64,000 nt of DNA from Deltaproteobacteria bacterium (GTDB lineage Bacteria > Desulfobacterota > Syntrophia > Syntrophales > UBA5619): positions 6,812-70,811 of the forward strand of contig JAKAFS010000002.1 in NCBI GenBank assembly GCA_021817825.1. The letters run 5' to 3'. The position numbers were made by a program, and so were the translations under genes. The notes under the pieces are model-generated. The model ran no database searches, was not told where the DNA came from, and saw nothing but the letters and a program-made list of their open reading frames with translations. Each line of letters begins with the position of its first letter. Position 1 is the stretch's first letter. This document shows, in pieces, positions 17,435-26,304 of the stretch.

Positions 17435-19194
17435 AGTTCGAACCCCACCGTGAAGTGGATGCGCAGTCCCGGGTCTTCCTGACCGATCTGCCGGGCCAGG
17501 TAGAGCGACAGGGCCCCCACGGGGGTGTAATAACGCAGCCCCACCCCGGCCCCCTGGGCGGCGCGGAGTTCGGCGAAGGAATCAAAGGCGTTGCCTGCGT
17601 CATAGAAGGCGCAGACGCCCCAACTCTCCAAGAAGGCCCGTTCCAATTCGACGGCGCCGACGAGAAGATGCTTTCCTCCCACCACCTGGCCGGAGGCGTC
17701 CCTCGGGCCGAGAGACTGATAGGCGTAGCCGCGCACGCTCTGATCGCCGCCGGCAAAAAAGCGGAGCGACGGGGGCAGCTCATTTAAAGGATCGCCCAAA
17801 AAGGTCAGCCCCACTTTCCCCCGGGCGGCGAAGGAAAAACGTCCCGGCAAAGGCAGGAGGAAGCTGCCTTCGGCGCTTCCCTGGATAAGCCCCATATCGG
17901 AACCGAGCCACCGATGAGTCCCGCGCAGATCGAGGGCGAAACGAAAGCCCCGGACGGGCCGGCTCGGGTTGTCGTAACGGTTTTCCGAATAGCGCACACC
18001 GGGCAGGACCAGAAAGGCCCCCGAATCCTGGGTGCCGATGGTATATTGCTCCCTTTGCAGCTTGAGGTAGGCGGTTCCCAGCTTGCCGGCGCCGAAGCTG
18101 TTGTTGCGGTCGATTTCCAGGGCCACGATATTGCTGGTGTACGTGGTGACGTCGGTGCGCTGCATGTTGAATTGCAGCGTGGTCGAATTTCTGACGTCCG
18201 TCGCGTCCGGCAGGGTGTAACCGGCTGCCAGCCCCTGGAGCCGTTCGGAAAGGTAGAGATTCGAATAAAACTCATGACCGCGGTCCAGGACGTTGAGATC
18301 CCGGTAACGAAGGTTGAATCTTGCTCCCGTGTCCGTTCCGTATCCGATGCCCTGCCGCAGTGTCTTGCTGGGCGAAGGGTTCAGCGTGACCAGCACCGGC
18401 ACATGGAAGTCCAGAGCCTTTTCTTTTTCCGGCGTGACGGTGACCTCGGAAAAACGTTCGGAGTTGACGAAGTTGAGTTGGGTTTCCCCGAGCTGCGCCT
18501 GCGAGAAGGGGGCTCCGGGGTGGTAGGTCAGGTGGCGGCGCAAGAACGCTTCGGGATAGCCGGGAGCCCCCTCGATCCGCGTTCCGTTGAAAAAATAGCG
18601 GCGGCCCGTTTCCATCTCCAGGCGGAGCGTCGCGGTGTCCCGCGCTTGGGCGATGCGGATTTCATGGATCGTGAAGTCGGCATCCAGATACCCCAACTCC
18701 TGGGCCAGGAAAAAGAGGGCGTCCTTGGCCTCCTCGTATCTCGGCTGGACGAGGATGTCGCCCTTGTCCAGCGGGAAGGCGGCAACCAGCGTCCTGAGCC
18801 GGATTTCCTGCGCGCCTTGCCCATGGAGCAAAACGGAGACTTCCGTCAGGCGCACCGGATCGCCGGGGGCCACGACGACCCGCAGGCGCACTTCCTCGGG
18901 CGCCCCGTCCTCGATCGTGGCGGTAACGCCGGCGCGGTAATAGCCGAAAGGCTCCAATGCCGTCCTGGTCAGCGATTCCGCCTGCTCGCGGAACCGTTCC
19001 AGCCACTGGCGGTCCACGGTCCCTTCCCGAACGAGGCCGGCGGGAAGGGTGAGGGACTCCCGGACGTTTTTGAGGGCATCCCCTTCGATTCCCGACACGG
19101 CGATTTCCACCCGTTCGGCGGCCGACAGCGGCGAGGCGACGACGCCGGTGAGCAGTAGCAGCAGTACGGCAAGAAGCGGTTTCCCCCGGATCAT
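17431..19194 (-). CDS. tamA: outer-membrane Omp85-family protein TamA (POTRA domains plus beta-barrel)
   Basis: Signal peptide MIRGKPLLAVLLLLLTGVVASPLSAAE, POTRA repeats, and an Omp85 barrel ending ...RFFAGGDQSVRGY...GLRYYTPVGALSLYLA...HFTVGFEL. The ATG at 19194 overlaps the upstream cupin stop (ATGA). The ORF-track 813-aa form is an artefactual N-terminal extension. Confidence 0.9.
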   Translation of the reverse strand: MIRGKPLLAVLLLLLTGVVASPLSAAERVEIAVSGIEGDALKNVRESLTLPAGLVREGTVDRQWLERFREQAESLTRTALEPFGYYRAGVTATIEDGAPEEVRLRVVVAPGDPVRLTEVSVLLHGQGAQEIRLRTLVAAFPLDKGDILVQPRYEEAKDALFFLAQELGYLDADFTIHEIRIAQARDTATLRLEMETGRRYFFNGTRIEGAPGYPEAFLRRHLTYHPGAPFSQAQLGETQLNFVNSERFSEVTVTPEKEKALDFHVPVLVTLNPSPSKTLRQGIGYGTDTGARFNLRYRDLNVLDRGHEFYSNLYLSERLQGLAAGYTLPDATDVRNSTTLQFNMQRTDVTTYTSNIVALEIDRNNSFGAGKLGTAYLKLQREQYTIGTQDSGAFLVLPGVRYSENRYDNPSRPVRGFRFALDLRGTHRWLGSDMGLIQGSAEGSFLLPLPGRFSFAARGKVGLTFLGDPLNELPPSLRFFAGGDQSVRGYAYQSLGPRDASGQVVGGKHLLVGAVELERAFLESWGVCAFYDAGNAFDSFAELRAAQGAGVGLRYYTPVGALSLYLARQIGQEDPGLRIHFTVGFEL

Positions 19195-19718
19195 GGGAGC
19201 GCCTTGCGACCTTCTGGATCCCCTGGGGGGAAGAGCTTCAGCAGGGAGGCCAGATATTCCGGAACTGCGGGATCCCCTTCCGCCGGCGCCCAGGGCGCCT
19301 TTTCTTCCTTCGTCAACGGTCGATAGGGGCCCGCCTTGGCTTCGAAAAAAACGCTGCCCCTTTGCAGCGAAAGCCAGGTGTGAAAGGTTCCCCGGGGGAT
19401 GTGGACCAGCAACGGATCGCCGGCGGGTTCGAAAAGCGCTTTTCCTTCGACCTGCCCGTCTTCGTCGAAGAGGACCAGTCCCATCCGTCCCCGGACGACG
19501 AGCAGGGTCTCCTCCTTGCCTTCGTCGCGATGACAGTGCGGCTGGATATAGGACCCGGGCTCCATGGCGTTGAGGAGCCGGTGGCAGGCCTCCTGGTCGG
19601 CGCGGTGGAAGTTGTAGTTTTGTCGCAACCTGGGCGACAGGGCCGCCTGCTGCGACAATGCATCGAGACGGCGGCGGTCGATGAATTGGACCTGCTCTTT
19701 GTTCAGTACATCGGACAT
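19191..19718 (-). CDS. WbuC-family cupin-fold protein
   Basis: Cupin core: PGSYIQPHCH...EETLLVVRGRMGLVLFDEDG...VHIPRGTFHT. SD GAGGAA precedes the ATG at 19718. Confidence 0.7.
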   Translation of the reverse strand: MSDVLNKEQVQFIDRRRLDALSQQAALSPRLRQNYNFHRADQEACHRLLNAMEPGSYIQPHCHRDEGKEETLLVVRGRMGLVLFDEDGQVEGKALFEPAGDPLLVHIPRGTFHTWLSLQRGSVFFEAKAGPYRPLTKEEKAPWAPAEGDPAVPEYLASLLKLFPPGDPEGRKALP

Positions 19719-19870
19719 CGGTTCCTCGATCGTCAGTGCGTTTGTGAGTACCGGGGCGTGACCATGAAGTGTAACAAATATATCTTAAATGGAGGAGAAA
19801 AAATATGGAAAAAAAGCGGTCCCGGCTGCCTTCCTGCCTTGATCCGTCGGAAGGGACGAGTCGTCTGAGC

Positions 19871-19909
19871 AAAAAAAAGAGGGGTTAACCTTTCTTCGGT
19901 TAACCCCTC
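19871..19909 (-). terminator. rho-independent terminator downstream of tRNA-Asn
   Basis: Minus strand reads GAGGGGTTAACC-GAAGAAA-GGTTAACCCCTC followed by TTTTTTTT (12-bp perfect stem). A second, weaker hairpin plus T7 run follows at about 19809-19857. Confidence 0.8.
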
Positions 19910-19917
19910 GCTGATTT

Positions 19918-19993
19918 TGGCTCCCCAGCGCGGACTCGAACCACGGACCCGATGGTTAACAGCCATCTGCTCTACCGACTGAGCTACTGGGGA
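19918..19993 (-). tRNA. tRNA-Asn (anticodon GTT), CCA encoded
   Basis: Folded by hand: acceptor TCCCCAG/CTGGGGA, D-arm GCTC/GAGC, anticodon arm GATGG-CTGTTAA-CCATC, T-arm CGTGG-TTCGAGT-CCGCG, discriminator G, then CCA. Total length 76 nt. Confidence 0.95.
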
Positions 19994-20012
19994 AGATCGG
20001 TAACGAGGGGTC

Positions 20013-20041
20013 TTCATAGTATATGACGAGCCGCTTGTCAA
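20013..20041 (-). promoter_or_regulatory. sigma70-like promoter of tRNA-Asn
   Basis: Minus strand reads TTGACA (20041-20036), a 17-nt spacer, then TATGAA (20018-20013), about 20 nt upstream of the mature tRNA 5' end. Confidence 0.5.
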
Positions 20042-20100
20042 TAACAGTCTTTAGGAGGAATGAAAAAAAATGAATTTCTCTTTCAGGAGCGATTTATGGG

Positions 20101-20131
20101 TTGACAGGGAAACGTCCGCTCGTGTTAGAAT
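20101..20131 (+). promoter_or_regulatory. sigma70-like promoter (extended -10) of the FrhB-like/iorAB operon
   Basis: TTGACA (20101-20106), a 19-nt spacer, then TGtTAGAAT (-10 at 20126-20131). It lies about 65 nt upstream of the ATG at 20198. Confidence 0.45.
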
Positions 20132-20197
20132 GCGCCCGCAAAGGATGAAAAAACCGGCAATTCCCGGGGATCGGCAATCTGGAAGTGGAGCGGACTC

Positions 20198-21343
20198 ATG
20201 CACTCAAGCGGGCAGGCGAACGGGAAGGAGAGCGAGCCGGAGGGGAACAAAAGCGCCCCGGGGGGGCAGAAGGAACTCGAGGCGGAAGTCATCGGGCCGG
20301 GTCTCTGCACGGGGTGCGGCGGTTGCGTCAACCTCTGTCCCTATCAGGCCATCTACCGGGACAAGACGGTCACCCTCCATCCCTGCGATCTGCCCCGGGG
20401 ACGCTGTTACGCCTTCTGCCCCAGGACGCCGGCGGATCTCGGTGCCCTGCGCGAAAAGATCGCCCCGGGAACCGAGTGGACCTCGGAATTGGGTCCCGTG
20501 CGGGGGTTTTTTATTGCCCGGGCGGCGGATGAGCGGTTAAGGCGCCATGGCCAGCACGGCGGGACCGTCAGCGCGCTCATGACCCTGGCCTTGCGCGAAG
20601 GGTTGATCGATGCGGCCGTTCTGGCCGAAGAGGGGGAAGGACTTTTACCCCGAGCCGTCACCATCGAAGATCCGGAAGCGGTCGGGCGATCGGGGAAAAG
20701 CCGTTTCGTCGTTTCTCCGACCCTGGCGGAGTTCAATCGGATCGCCCGTACCGAACGCCGACGGATCGGCGTCGTGGCAACCCCCTGCCAAGCGCTGGCC
20801 CTGGCCAAGAGACGCGCTCAACCGCTGCCGGCGATCGAGGACGGCGGCGAAAAGCTGCAACTCGTGGTGGGGCTCTTCTGCGGCTGGGCCCTCGCCTGGC
20901 GGGCGCTTTCCGACCTTCTGGCGAAAAAGACGGATCCGACGACTATTACCGGGATGGATATCCCGCCCAGCCGTTACCATACCCTGGAGGTATACACCCC
21001 GACGGGGACCGTTCAGGTCTCACTCGATGCTGTAACCCCCTGCGTCCGCGAATCCTGCCGTTCCTGCGACGATATGACCGCCGAATACAGCGATCTGTCG
21101 GTCGGCTCGGCCCGCCTGCCCGAGGGATGGGCGGAGGCCAGGGGGTGGAACCAGATTATCGTCCGGACCAGGCGCGGCCAGGATCTTCTGGAGTTGGCCC
21201 GCCGCACGGGCGCGCTCGAATGGCGGGAAGTGCCGGCCGGAAACCTGGAAAAACTCCAAACCGCCTCGGCGGGCAAAAAAAAGGCCGCTGCCGCCTCGCG
21301 GGCCGAAACCGGCGCTGCCGACGGCCCGAAAAGGGCCTGCTGA
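20198..21343 (+). CDS. coenzyme F420 hydrogenase/dehydrogenase beta-subunit family (FrhB/FdhB/FpoF-like) flavo-iron-sulfur protein
   Basis: N-terminal ferredoxin-like Cys cluster (CTGCGGCVNLCP...CYAFCP) followed by the FrhB_FdhB N and C domains (GQHGGTVSALM..., VATPCQALAL, GLFCGW, CRSCDDMTAEYSDLSVG). The exact start is uncertain because the N-terminus is disordered. Confidence 0.8.
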   Translation: MHSSGQANGKESEPEGNKSAPGGQKELEAEVIGPGLCTGCGGCVNLCPYQAIYRDKTVTLHPCDLPRGRCYAFCPRTPADLGALREKIAPGTEWTSELGPVRGFFIARAADERLRRHGQHGGTVSALMTLALREGLIDAAVLAEEGEGLLPRAVTIEDPEAVGRSGKSRFVVSPTLAEFNRIARTERRRIGVVATPCQALALAKRRAQPLPAIEDGGEKLQLVVGLFCGWALAWRALSDLLAKKTDPTTITGMDIPPSRYHTLEVYTPTGTVQVSLDAVTPCVRESCRSCDDMTAEYSDLSVGSARLPEGWAEARGWNQIIVRTRRGQDLLELARRTGALEWREVPAGNLEKLQTASAGKKKAAAASRAETGAADGPKRAC

Positions 21344-21357
21344 AAAGAGGAGAAGGC

Positions 21358-23304
21358 ATGTCCAAGGAATCACAAGCGAAGGAGGGGGACGACGTTTTGC
21401 TCATGGGGAACGAGGCCATCGCCCGGGGCGCCCTGGAGGCAGGGGTTCAGGTGGCGGCCGCCTATCCGGGCACCCCTTCTTCGGAGATCATCGAAACCCT
21501 GGCCCGCTTAGCCGAGCCGGGGAAGCTCTACGTCGAATGGTCCACGAACGAAAAGGTGGCCCTGGAAGTCGCCGCGGCGGCCTCCTTTGCCTGGCTCCGG
21601 GCGCTCTGCGTCATGAAGCAGAACGGCGTCAACGTCGCCTCCGATTTTCTTCTCCACCTGGCCGGGTCGGGGAGCCGGGGGGGGATGGTCCTGGTTTCCT
21701 GCGACGATCCCGGGGCGCTTTCCAGCGTCAATGAAGGGGAATCCCGCCATTTCGCGCGGCTCATGGAGATTCCGCTCCTGGAACCGGGGGATTTTCAGGA
21801 GGCCAAGGAGATGACCCGCTGGGCCTTCAGCCTGTCGGAAGAGATCGGAAACCTGGTCATGGTCCGGAGCGTGACGCGGATGTCGCATGCCAGCGGCAAT
21901 GTCGTCCTGGGGGCGCTGCCGCCGCCCGGGGAAAAAGCGCGGTTTCTCTGCGATGGTCCGCTCTCCGATCCCGGTCGGGGGCCGGTGGTCAGCACGCCCG
22001 TCGTCCCCAAGCACCTCCTCCAGCAGGAGAAAGTCAAAAAGGCCGTGCAACGGTTCGAGACGAGCCCCTTCAATCGCTATGCAGGGCCCGAAAAGCCGGA
22101 ACTCCTGATCGTGACGAGCAGCGCTTGCCGCCTTTACAGCCGCGAGGCCGTTTCCCTCCTCGGCGTCGGCGATCGGGTGGGTATCCTTGGCCTCGGCACG
22201 ACCTGGCCCCTGCCGCCGGCGCTGCTCATGCGCCGCCTGGCCTCGACGGAAAAAATTCTGATCGTCGAAGAGGTCCTGCCCTTTCTCGAAGAGCAGGTCA
22301 AGATTCTGGCGGCCGAAAGGGCGCGGGAGATCGGGATCAAGCGCTTTTACGGGAAAAACGACGGGACCCTGCCCATGGTGGGCGAACTGAATCCCGATCT
22401 GGTCATGGCGGCCCTGGGGCGAATCCTGGGAGTTGCACCTCCGGCGCTGCCTGCGGACTATGAAGAAAAACGCCTTTTTTTCGCGGCGCTGGCGCCGAAG
22501 CGGGAGCAGACCTTCTGCCCCGGCTGCCCGCATCGCGCCTCCTTCTGGAGCATCCGCGAGGCGCTCCAACGCGACGGCCGCGGCGGCTTTGTCTGCGGCG
22601 ACATCGGCTGTTATGCGATGGCCTCCCTCTTTCCGGCCGCCGGGTTCCATACCGCCAAGACGCTCCATTCCATGGGATCCGGGACGGGCATTGCCTCGGG
22701 GTTCGGGAAGCTCGGCGCTTTCGGGATGGACCAGCCGGTCCTTGCCGTCTGCGGGGATTCGACCTTCTACCATGCGGCCGTTCCCGCCCTGATCAACGCC
22801 GTTCACCAGGCATCGGACATCGTTTTTATCGTTCTGGACAACAGCGGGACCGCCATGACGGGATTCCAGTCCCATCCCGGGAGCCCGGTCAACGCCATGG
22901 GCGATGCGGCGCCCCTGGTCGATATCGCCTCCCTCTGCCGGGCCATGGGCGCCCAGGTGGTGGTCGCCGATCCTTTCGACCAGGCGGCCACCCGGGAGAC
23001 GCTCAATCTGCTCATGGAGTCGGCAGGCGGCGTGAAAGTCCTGATCCTCAAGCAGTCCTGCGCCCTTTCGCCTGAGAAAAAAGGCAAAAAACGCTACCGG
23101 ATGGAAGTGGCGGAGGAGCTCTGCCGCGGCGAGGACTGCGGCTGCAACCGTCTCTGCACGCGAATCTTCCGCTGTCCCGGTCTTTTGTGGGACCGGGAAA
23201 AGAAAAAGGCGCGGATCGACGAGGTGATCTGCGCCGGATGCGGTTTCTGCGCCGGGATCTGCCCGGCCGGGGCCATCGGCAGCGAGGAGGCGGCAAGCGC
23301 ATGA
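21358..23304 (+). CDS. iorA: indolepyruvate:ferredoxin oxidoreductase alpha subunit
   Basis: LLMGNEAIARGALEAGVQVAAAYPGTPSSEI, TPP-binding GDIGCY...GDSTFYH, and a C-terminal 2x[4Fe-4S] region (CAGCGFCAGICPAGAI). SD GAGGAGAAGG precedes the ATG at 21358. Confidence 0.92.
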   Translation: MSKESQAKEGDDVLLMGNEAIARGALEAGVQVAAAYPGTPSSEIIETLARLAEPGKLYVEWSTNEKVALEVAAAASFAWLRALCVMKQNGVNVASDFLLHLAGSGSRGGMVLVSCDDPGALSSVNEGESRHFARLMEIPLLEPGDFQEAKEMTRWAFSLSEEIGNLVMVRSVTRMSHASGNVVLGALPPPGEKARFLCDGPLSDPGRGPVVSTPVVPKHLLQQEKVKKAVQRFETSPFNRYAGPEKPELLIVTSSACRLYSREAVSLLGVGDRVGILGLGTTWPLPPALLMRRLASTEKILIVEEVLPFLEEQVKILAAERAREIGIKRFYGKNDGTLPMVGELNPDLVMAALGRILGVAPPALPADYEEKRLFFAALAPKREQTFCPGCPHRASFWSIREALQRDGRGGFVCGDIGCYAMASLFPAAGFHTAKTLHSMGSGTGIASGFGKLGAFGMDQPVLAVCGDSTFYHAAVPALINAVHQASDIVFIVLDNSGTAMTGFQSHPGSPVNAMGDAAPLVDIASLCRAMGAQVVVADPFDQAATRETLNLLMESAGGVKVLILKQSCALSPEKKGKKRYRMEVAEELCRGEDCGCNRLCTRIFRCPGLLWDREKKKARIDEVICAGCGFCAGICPAGAIGSEEAASA

Positions 23305-23918
23305 CCCATCGGCCATTGAAGGATCCGTTCAATATCGTGATTACCGGGGTCGGGGGACAGGGAAACGTCATGGCCTCCCGGGTCCTGGCCAGTATGCTGG
23401 TCCGCAAGGGGTTTAAGGTCACCATCGGGGAAACCTTCGGCATGTCCCAACGCGGCGGTTCGGTAATGAGCCATCTGCGCGTCTCCCGGACGGCCGTCTG
23501 GAGCCCCCAGATTCCGAAGGGCAGGGCGGACCTGATCGTGGCCATCGAACCTCTGGAGGCCCTGCGGGTCCTGGCCGATTACGGCAATCCCGACGTCGGG
23601 GTCCTCGTGAACATGCGGCCCATCTATCCCGTGGGCGTGATCACGGGGGAAGCGGAATATCCGTCGAACGAGGCCATCCGCGAGGCGGTAAAGGCGCTTT
23701 CGGCCCGCTCCGGGTTCCTCGCGGCGACGGATGAGGCGATCGGTCTGGGCAATCCGATCCTGGGAAACATTGTCATGATCGGCGCCGTTGCGGGTCTCGG
23801 AGTCCTGCCCATCGACCGGGAAGTTTTCGAGGCGGTCATCCAGGAAGGGATGCCGGCGGCCCGGATCGAAGCCAATCTGCGCGCCTTTGCCATCGGCGAA
23901 GCGGCGCTGAAAAAATGA
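23301..23918 (+). CDS. iorB: indolepyruvate:ferredoxin oxidoreductase beta subunit
   Basis: FNIVITGVGGQGNVMASRVL...GMSQRGGSV is typical of the IorB/POR-gamma domain. The ATG at 23301 overlaps the iorA stop (ATGA). Confidence 0.9.
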   Translation: MTHRPLKDPFNIVITGVGGQGNVMASRVLASMLVRKGFKVTIGETFGMSQRGGSVMSHLRVSRTAVWSPQIPKGRADLIVAIEPLEALRVLADYGNPDVGVLVNMRPIYPVGVITGEAEYPSNEAIREAVKALSARSGFLAATDEAIGLGNPILGNIVMIGAVAGLGVLPIDREVFEAVIQEGMPAARIEANLRAFAIGEAALKK

Positions 23919-23934
23919 GATAAAGGAAGGTGTC

Positions 23935-25137
23935 ATGAACAGTTCATTCAAGGCCGTCCCGGTGACGGAAGATGTCTGGTGGGTCGGGGCGATCGACTGG
24001 AACATCCGGGAATTCCACGGCTACCAAACGCAACGGGGGACCACCTACAACGCCTATCTGATCATGGCCGACAAGGTCACCCTGATCGATACGGTGAAGG
24101 CCCCCTTCAAGGAGGAGATGCTGGCCCGGATCGCCTCGGTGGTGGATCCCGCGCGGATCGACTATATCGTTTCCAACCATGCGGAGCTGGACCACTCGGG
24201 GTGCCTGCCCGAGGTCATCGCGGCGGTCAAGCCCGAGAAGGTCTACGCCTCGGCCGTGGGGGTCAAGACCCTCGAAGAACTCCTCCACTTCGGGGGAATA
24301 TTGACGGCCGTCAAGGACGGCGAATCGCTCAGCCTCGGCAACCGCACCCTCACTTTTTTGGAGACCCGGATGCTTCACTGGCCGGACAGCATGTTCACCT
24401 ATCTTCAGGAGGAGCAGCTCCTCTTTTCCCAGGACGCCTTCGGGATGCACTACGCCTCCCTGGAGCGGTTCGACGACGAGAGCGATCCTGCGATCCTCGA
24501 CTACGAGGCGGCGACTTACTATGCCAACATCCTCTTGCCCTATTCGCCCCTGGTTCTGAAACTCCTGGAACGGGTGACCGGCTTGGGATTGGCTTTCCGG
24601 TGTATTGCCCCGGACCACGGCCCGATCTGGCGGAAGGACATCGCGGGGATCATCGGGCGCTACGGGAAGTGGGCCGCCCAGAAGCCGGAGGCCAAAGCCG
24701 TGGTCGTCTACGGGACCATGTGGCACAGTACCGAAAAAATGGCCCTGGCGATCGGCGAGGGACTGGCGGCGGGCGGCCTGCGGGTAAAGCTCATGTCGAT
24801 GGATGCGGTGCACCGGAGCGATGTTCTCTATGAAATCCTCTGCGCCGGGGCGCTCGCGGTCGGTTCGTCGACGCTCAACAACCAGATGCTGCCCGTCATG
24901 GCCGATGTGATGACCTACCTGCGGGGGCTGAAGCCGAGGAACCTCCTGGGGGCCGCCTTCGGCTCCTACGGCTGGAGCGGTGAAGCGGTCAAACAGCTGG
25001 AGGAGATCCTGACGGAGATGAAGGTGGAATCGGCGGGGGAGGGAATCCGAGAGAAGAACGCCCCCGACGACGAGGTCCTGTCCCGCTGCTATGCCCTGGG
25101 GCTGAAGATGGCGGCGCAGGTGAAAGACCGTCTGTAA
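23935..25137 (+). CDS. fprA: flavodiiron protein (FprA / rubredoxin:oxygen oxidoreductase type, metallo-beta-lactamase plus flavodoxin domains)
   Basis: Diiron motif [10 protein letters not shown] (HxExDH), WPDSMFTY, and a flavodoxin-like domain [14 protein letters not shown]...GSSTLNN. Confidence 0.92.
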   Translation: MNSSFKAVPVTEDVWWVGAIDWNIREFHGYQTQRGTTYNAYLIMADKVTLIDTVKAPFKEEMLARIASVVDPARIDYIVSNHAELDHSGCLPEVIAAVKPEKVYASAVGVKTLEELLHFGGILTAVKDGESLSLGNRTLTFLETRMLHWPDSMFTYLQEEQLLFSQDAFGMHYASLERFDDESDPAILDYEAATYYANILLPYSPLVLKLLERVTGLGLAFRCIAPDHGPIWRKDIAGIIGRYGKWAAQKPEAKAVVVYGTMWHSTEKMALAIGEGLAAGGLRVKLMSMDAVHRSDVLYEILCAGALAVGSSTLNNQMLPVMADVMTYLRGLKPRNLLGAAFGSYGWSGEAVKQLEEILTEMKVESAGEGIREKNAPDDEVLSRCYALGLKMAAQVKDRL

Positions 25138-25186
25138 GCCCGGTGCGACGGCTGGAAATCCTAACGAGCGAAAGGAGAATGACGAG

Positions 25187-25345
25187 ATGGGAAAATATGT
25201 ATGCAGTATCTGCGGTTATATCTACGATCCGGCGGAGGGGGATCCCGAGAACGGCATCGCCAAAGGAACGGCCTTTGCGGACCTTCCGGAGAATTGGGCT
25301 TGCCCCGTTTGCGGCGCGCCCAAGAGTGAATTCAATCCCGAATGA
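25187..25345 (+). CDS. rubredoxin (52 aa; too short for the ORF track)
   Basis: Translated by hand: [52 protein letters not shown]. It has both CxxCG knuckles and the conserved YIYDP and DLP..W.CP. SD AAAGGAGA lies upstream. Confidence 0.93.
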   Translation: MGKYVCSICGYIYDPAEGDPENGIAKGTAFADLPENWACPVCGAPKSEFNPE

Positions 25346-25385
25346 CCGCATTTGATGCCTCGGCAAAGGACGGAAGGGAGCCGGC

Positions 25386-25880
25386 ATGGGGAGCGTGAAC
25401 GATGCGTTGCGTGAGGCCTACGTAGGAGAGGCCAAGGCGGCCCTGCGCCTGAAGCTGTACGCCGAACAAGCCGCCGAGGAGGGGCTCCCGCAAATCGCCA
25501 AACTTTTCCGGGTGATCGCCCGTTCCGAGGAGATCCATGGCGCACGGGCCCTCAAGGCGCTTCGGGAGGTCAAATCGACGGAGGAGAATCTGGCCGAGAG
25601 CTTCGAGTCCGAGGCGCAGGTGGCCGAGGTCGCCTATGGCGATTTCGTGAGGCTTGCCGAAGCCGAGGGAAACCGGGCCGCGGCGCTCCATTTCAGCCAG
25701 AGCCGGGACGTGGAGGAGACGCACGCCAAACTCTACAAGGAGGCCATGAACCACCTCCTGGAAGAGCGGGAAACCACCTATTACCTTTGTCGGGTCTGCG
25801 GTTACGTGGCCGACGGCGCGCTTCCGGAGGCCTGTCCGGTCTGCGGCGCGAAACCCGACCGGTTCGAACCCTTTTCCTGA
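25386..25880 (+). CDS. rbr: rubrerythrin
   Basis: Ferritin-like diiron domain (E..A...Y...A, SEEIHG, EETHAKLY) plus a C-terminal rubredoxin-like CRVCGY...CPVCG. Confidence 0.93.
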   Translation: MGSVNDALREAYVGEAKAALRLKLYAEQAAEEGLPQIAKLFRVIARSEEIHGARALKALREVKSTEENLAESFESEAQVAEVAYGDFVRLAEAEGNRAAALHFSQSRDVEETHAKLYKEAMNHLLEERETTYYLCRVCGYVADGALPEACPVCGAKPDRFEPFS

Positions 25881-25902
25881 ATCGAGAGCGAGAAAGGCGA
25901 CC

Positions 25903-26304
25903 ATGAGAGGAGTTTTGATACGTTGGCTGATCCTGACGGCGGCAGTGCTGATCGCCTCCTGGGCGCTGGACGGGATCCAGGTGGACGGTCTGCTGCCGGC
26001 CATCCTTGCGGCGGCGACGCTGGGCATTCTGAACGCCTTTTTGCGCCCCCTCCTGATTCTCCTGACCCTGCCGGTCAACATCCTGACGCTCGGCCTGTTT
26101 ACTTTTATCATCAACGCCTTGCTTCTCCAGATCGTCTCTTCCCTGATTCCCGGCTTTGCGGTGCACGGTTTCTGGACGGCGGTGCTCGGCGCCCTGATCG
26201 TCAGCGTGGTGAGCGGGCTGCTCAACAGCTTCATCGGCGGGCGCGGGAAAGTGGAGAGAACCTCCTATGTGGATCTGCAAAAACGGGGTGATCGATGGGA
26301 GTGA
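25903..26304 (+). CDS. YvlD-like membrane protein (PF04020, 'phage holin family 4_2' fold; conserved chromosomal protein)
   Basis: Strong resemblance to B. subtilis YvlD: ...[46 protein letters not shown].... The 3' end overlaps the mutS start by 10 nt. Confidence 0.8.
   Translation: MRGVLIRWLILTAAVLIASWALDGIQVDGLLPAILAAATLGILNAFLRPLLILLTLPVNILTLGLFTFIINALLLQIVSSLIPGFAVHGFWTAVLGALIVSVVSGLLNSFIGGRGKVERTSYVDLQKRGDRWE

Noticed and set aside
19733-20041. 102-aa ORF overlapping tRNA-Asn
   Set aside because: It is fully explained by the tRNA gene, its terminator and its promoter.
19719-20197. Genomic island, integrase or attachment site next to tRNA-Asn
   Set aside because: No integrase, recombinase or direct repeat of the tRNA 3' end is visible. 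The flanks are ordinary promoters and terminators, and the neighbouring genes are core-like.
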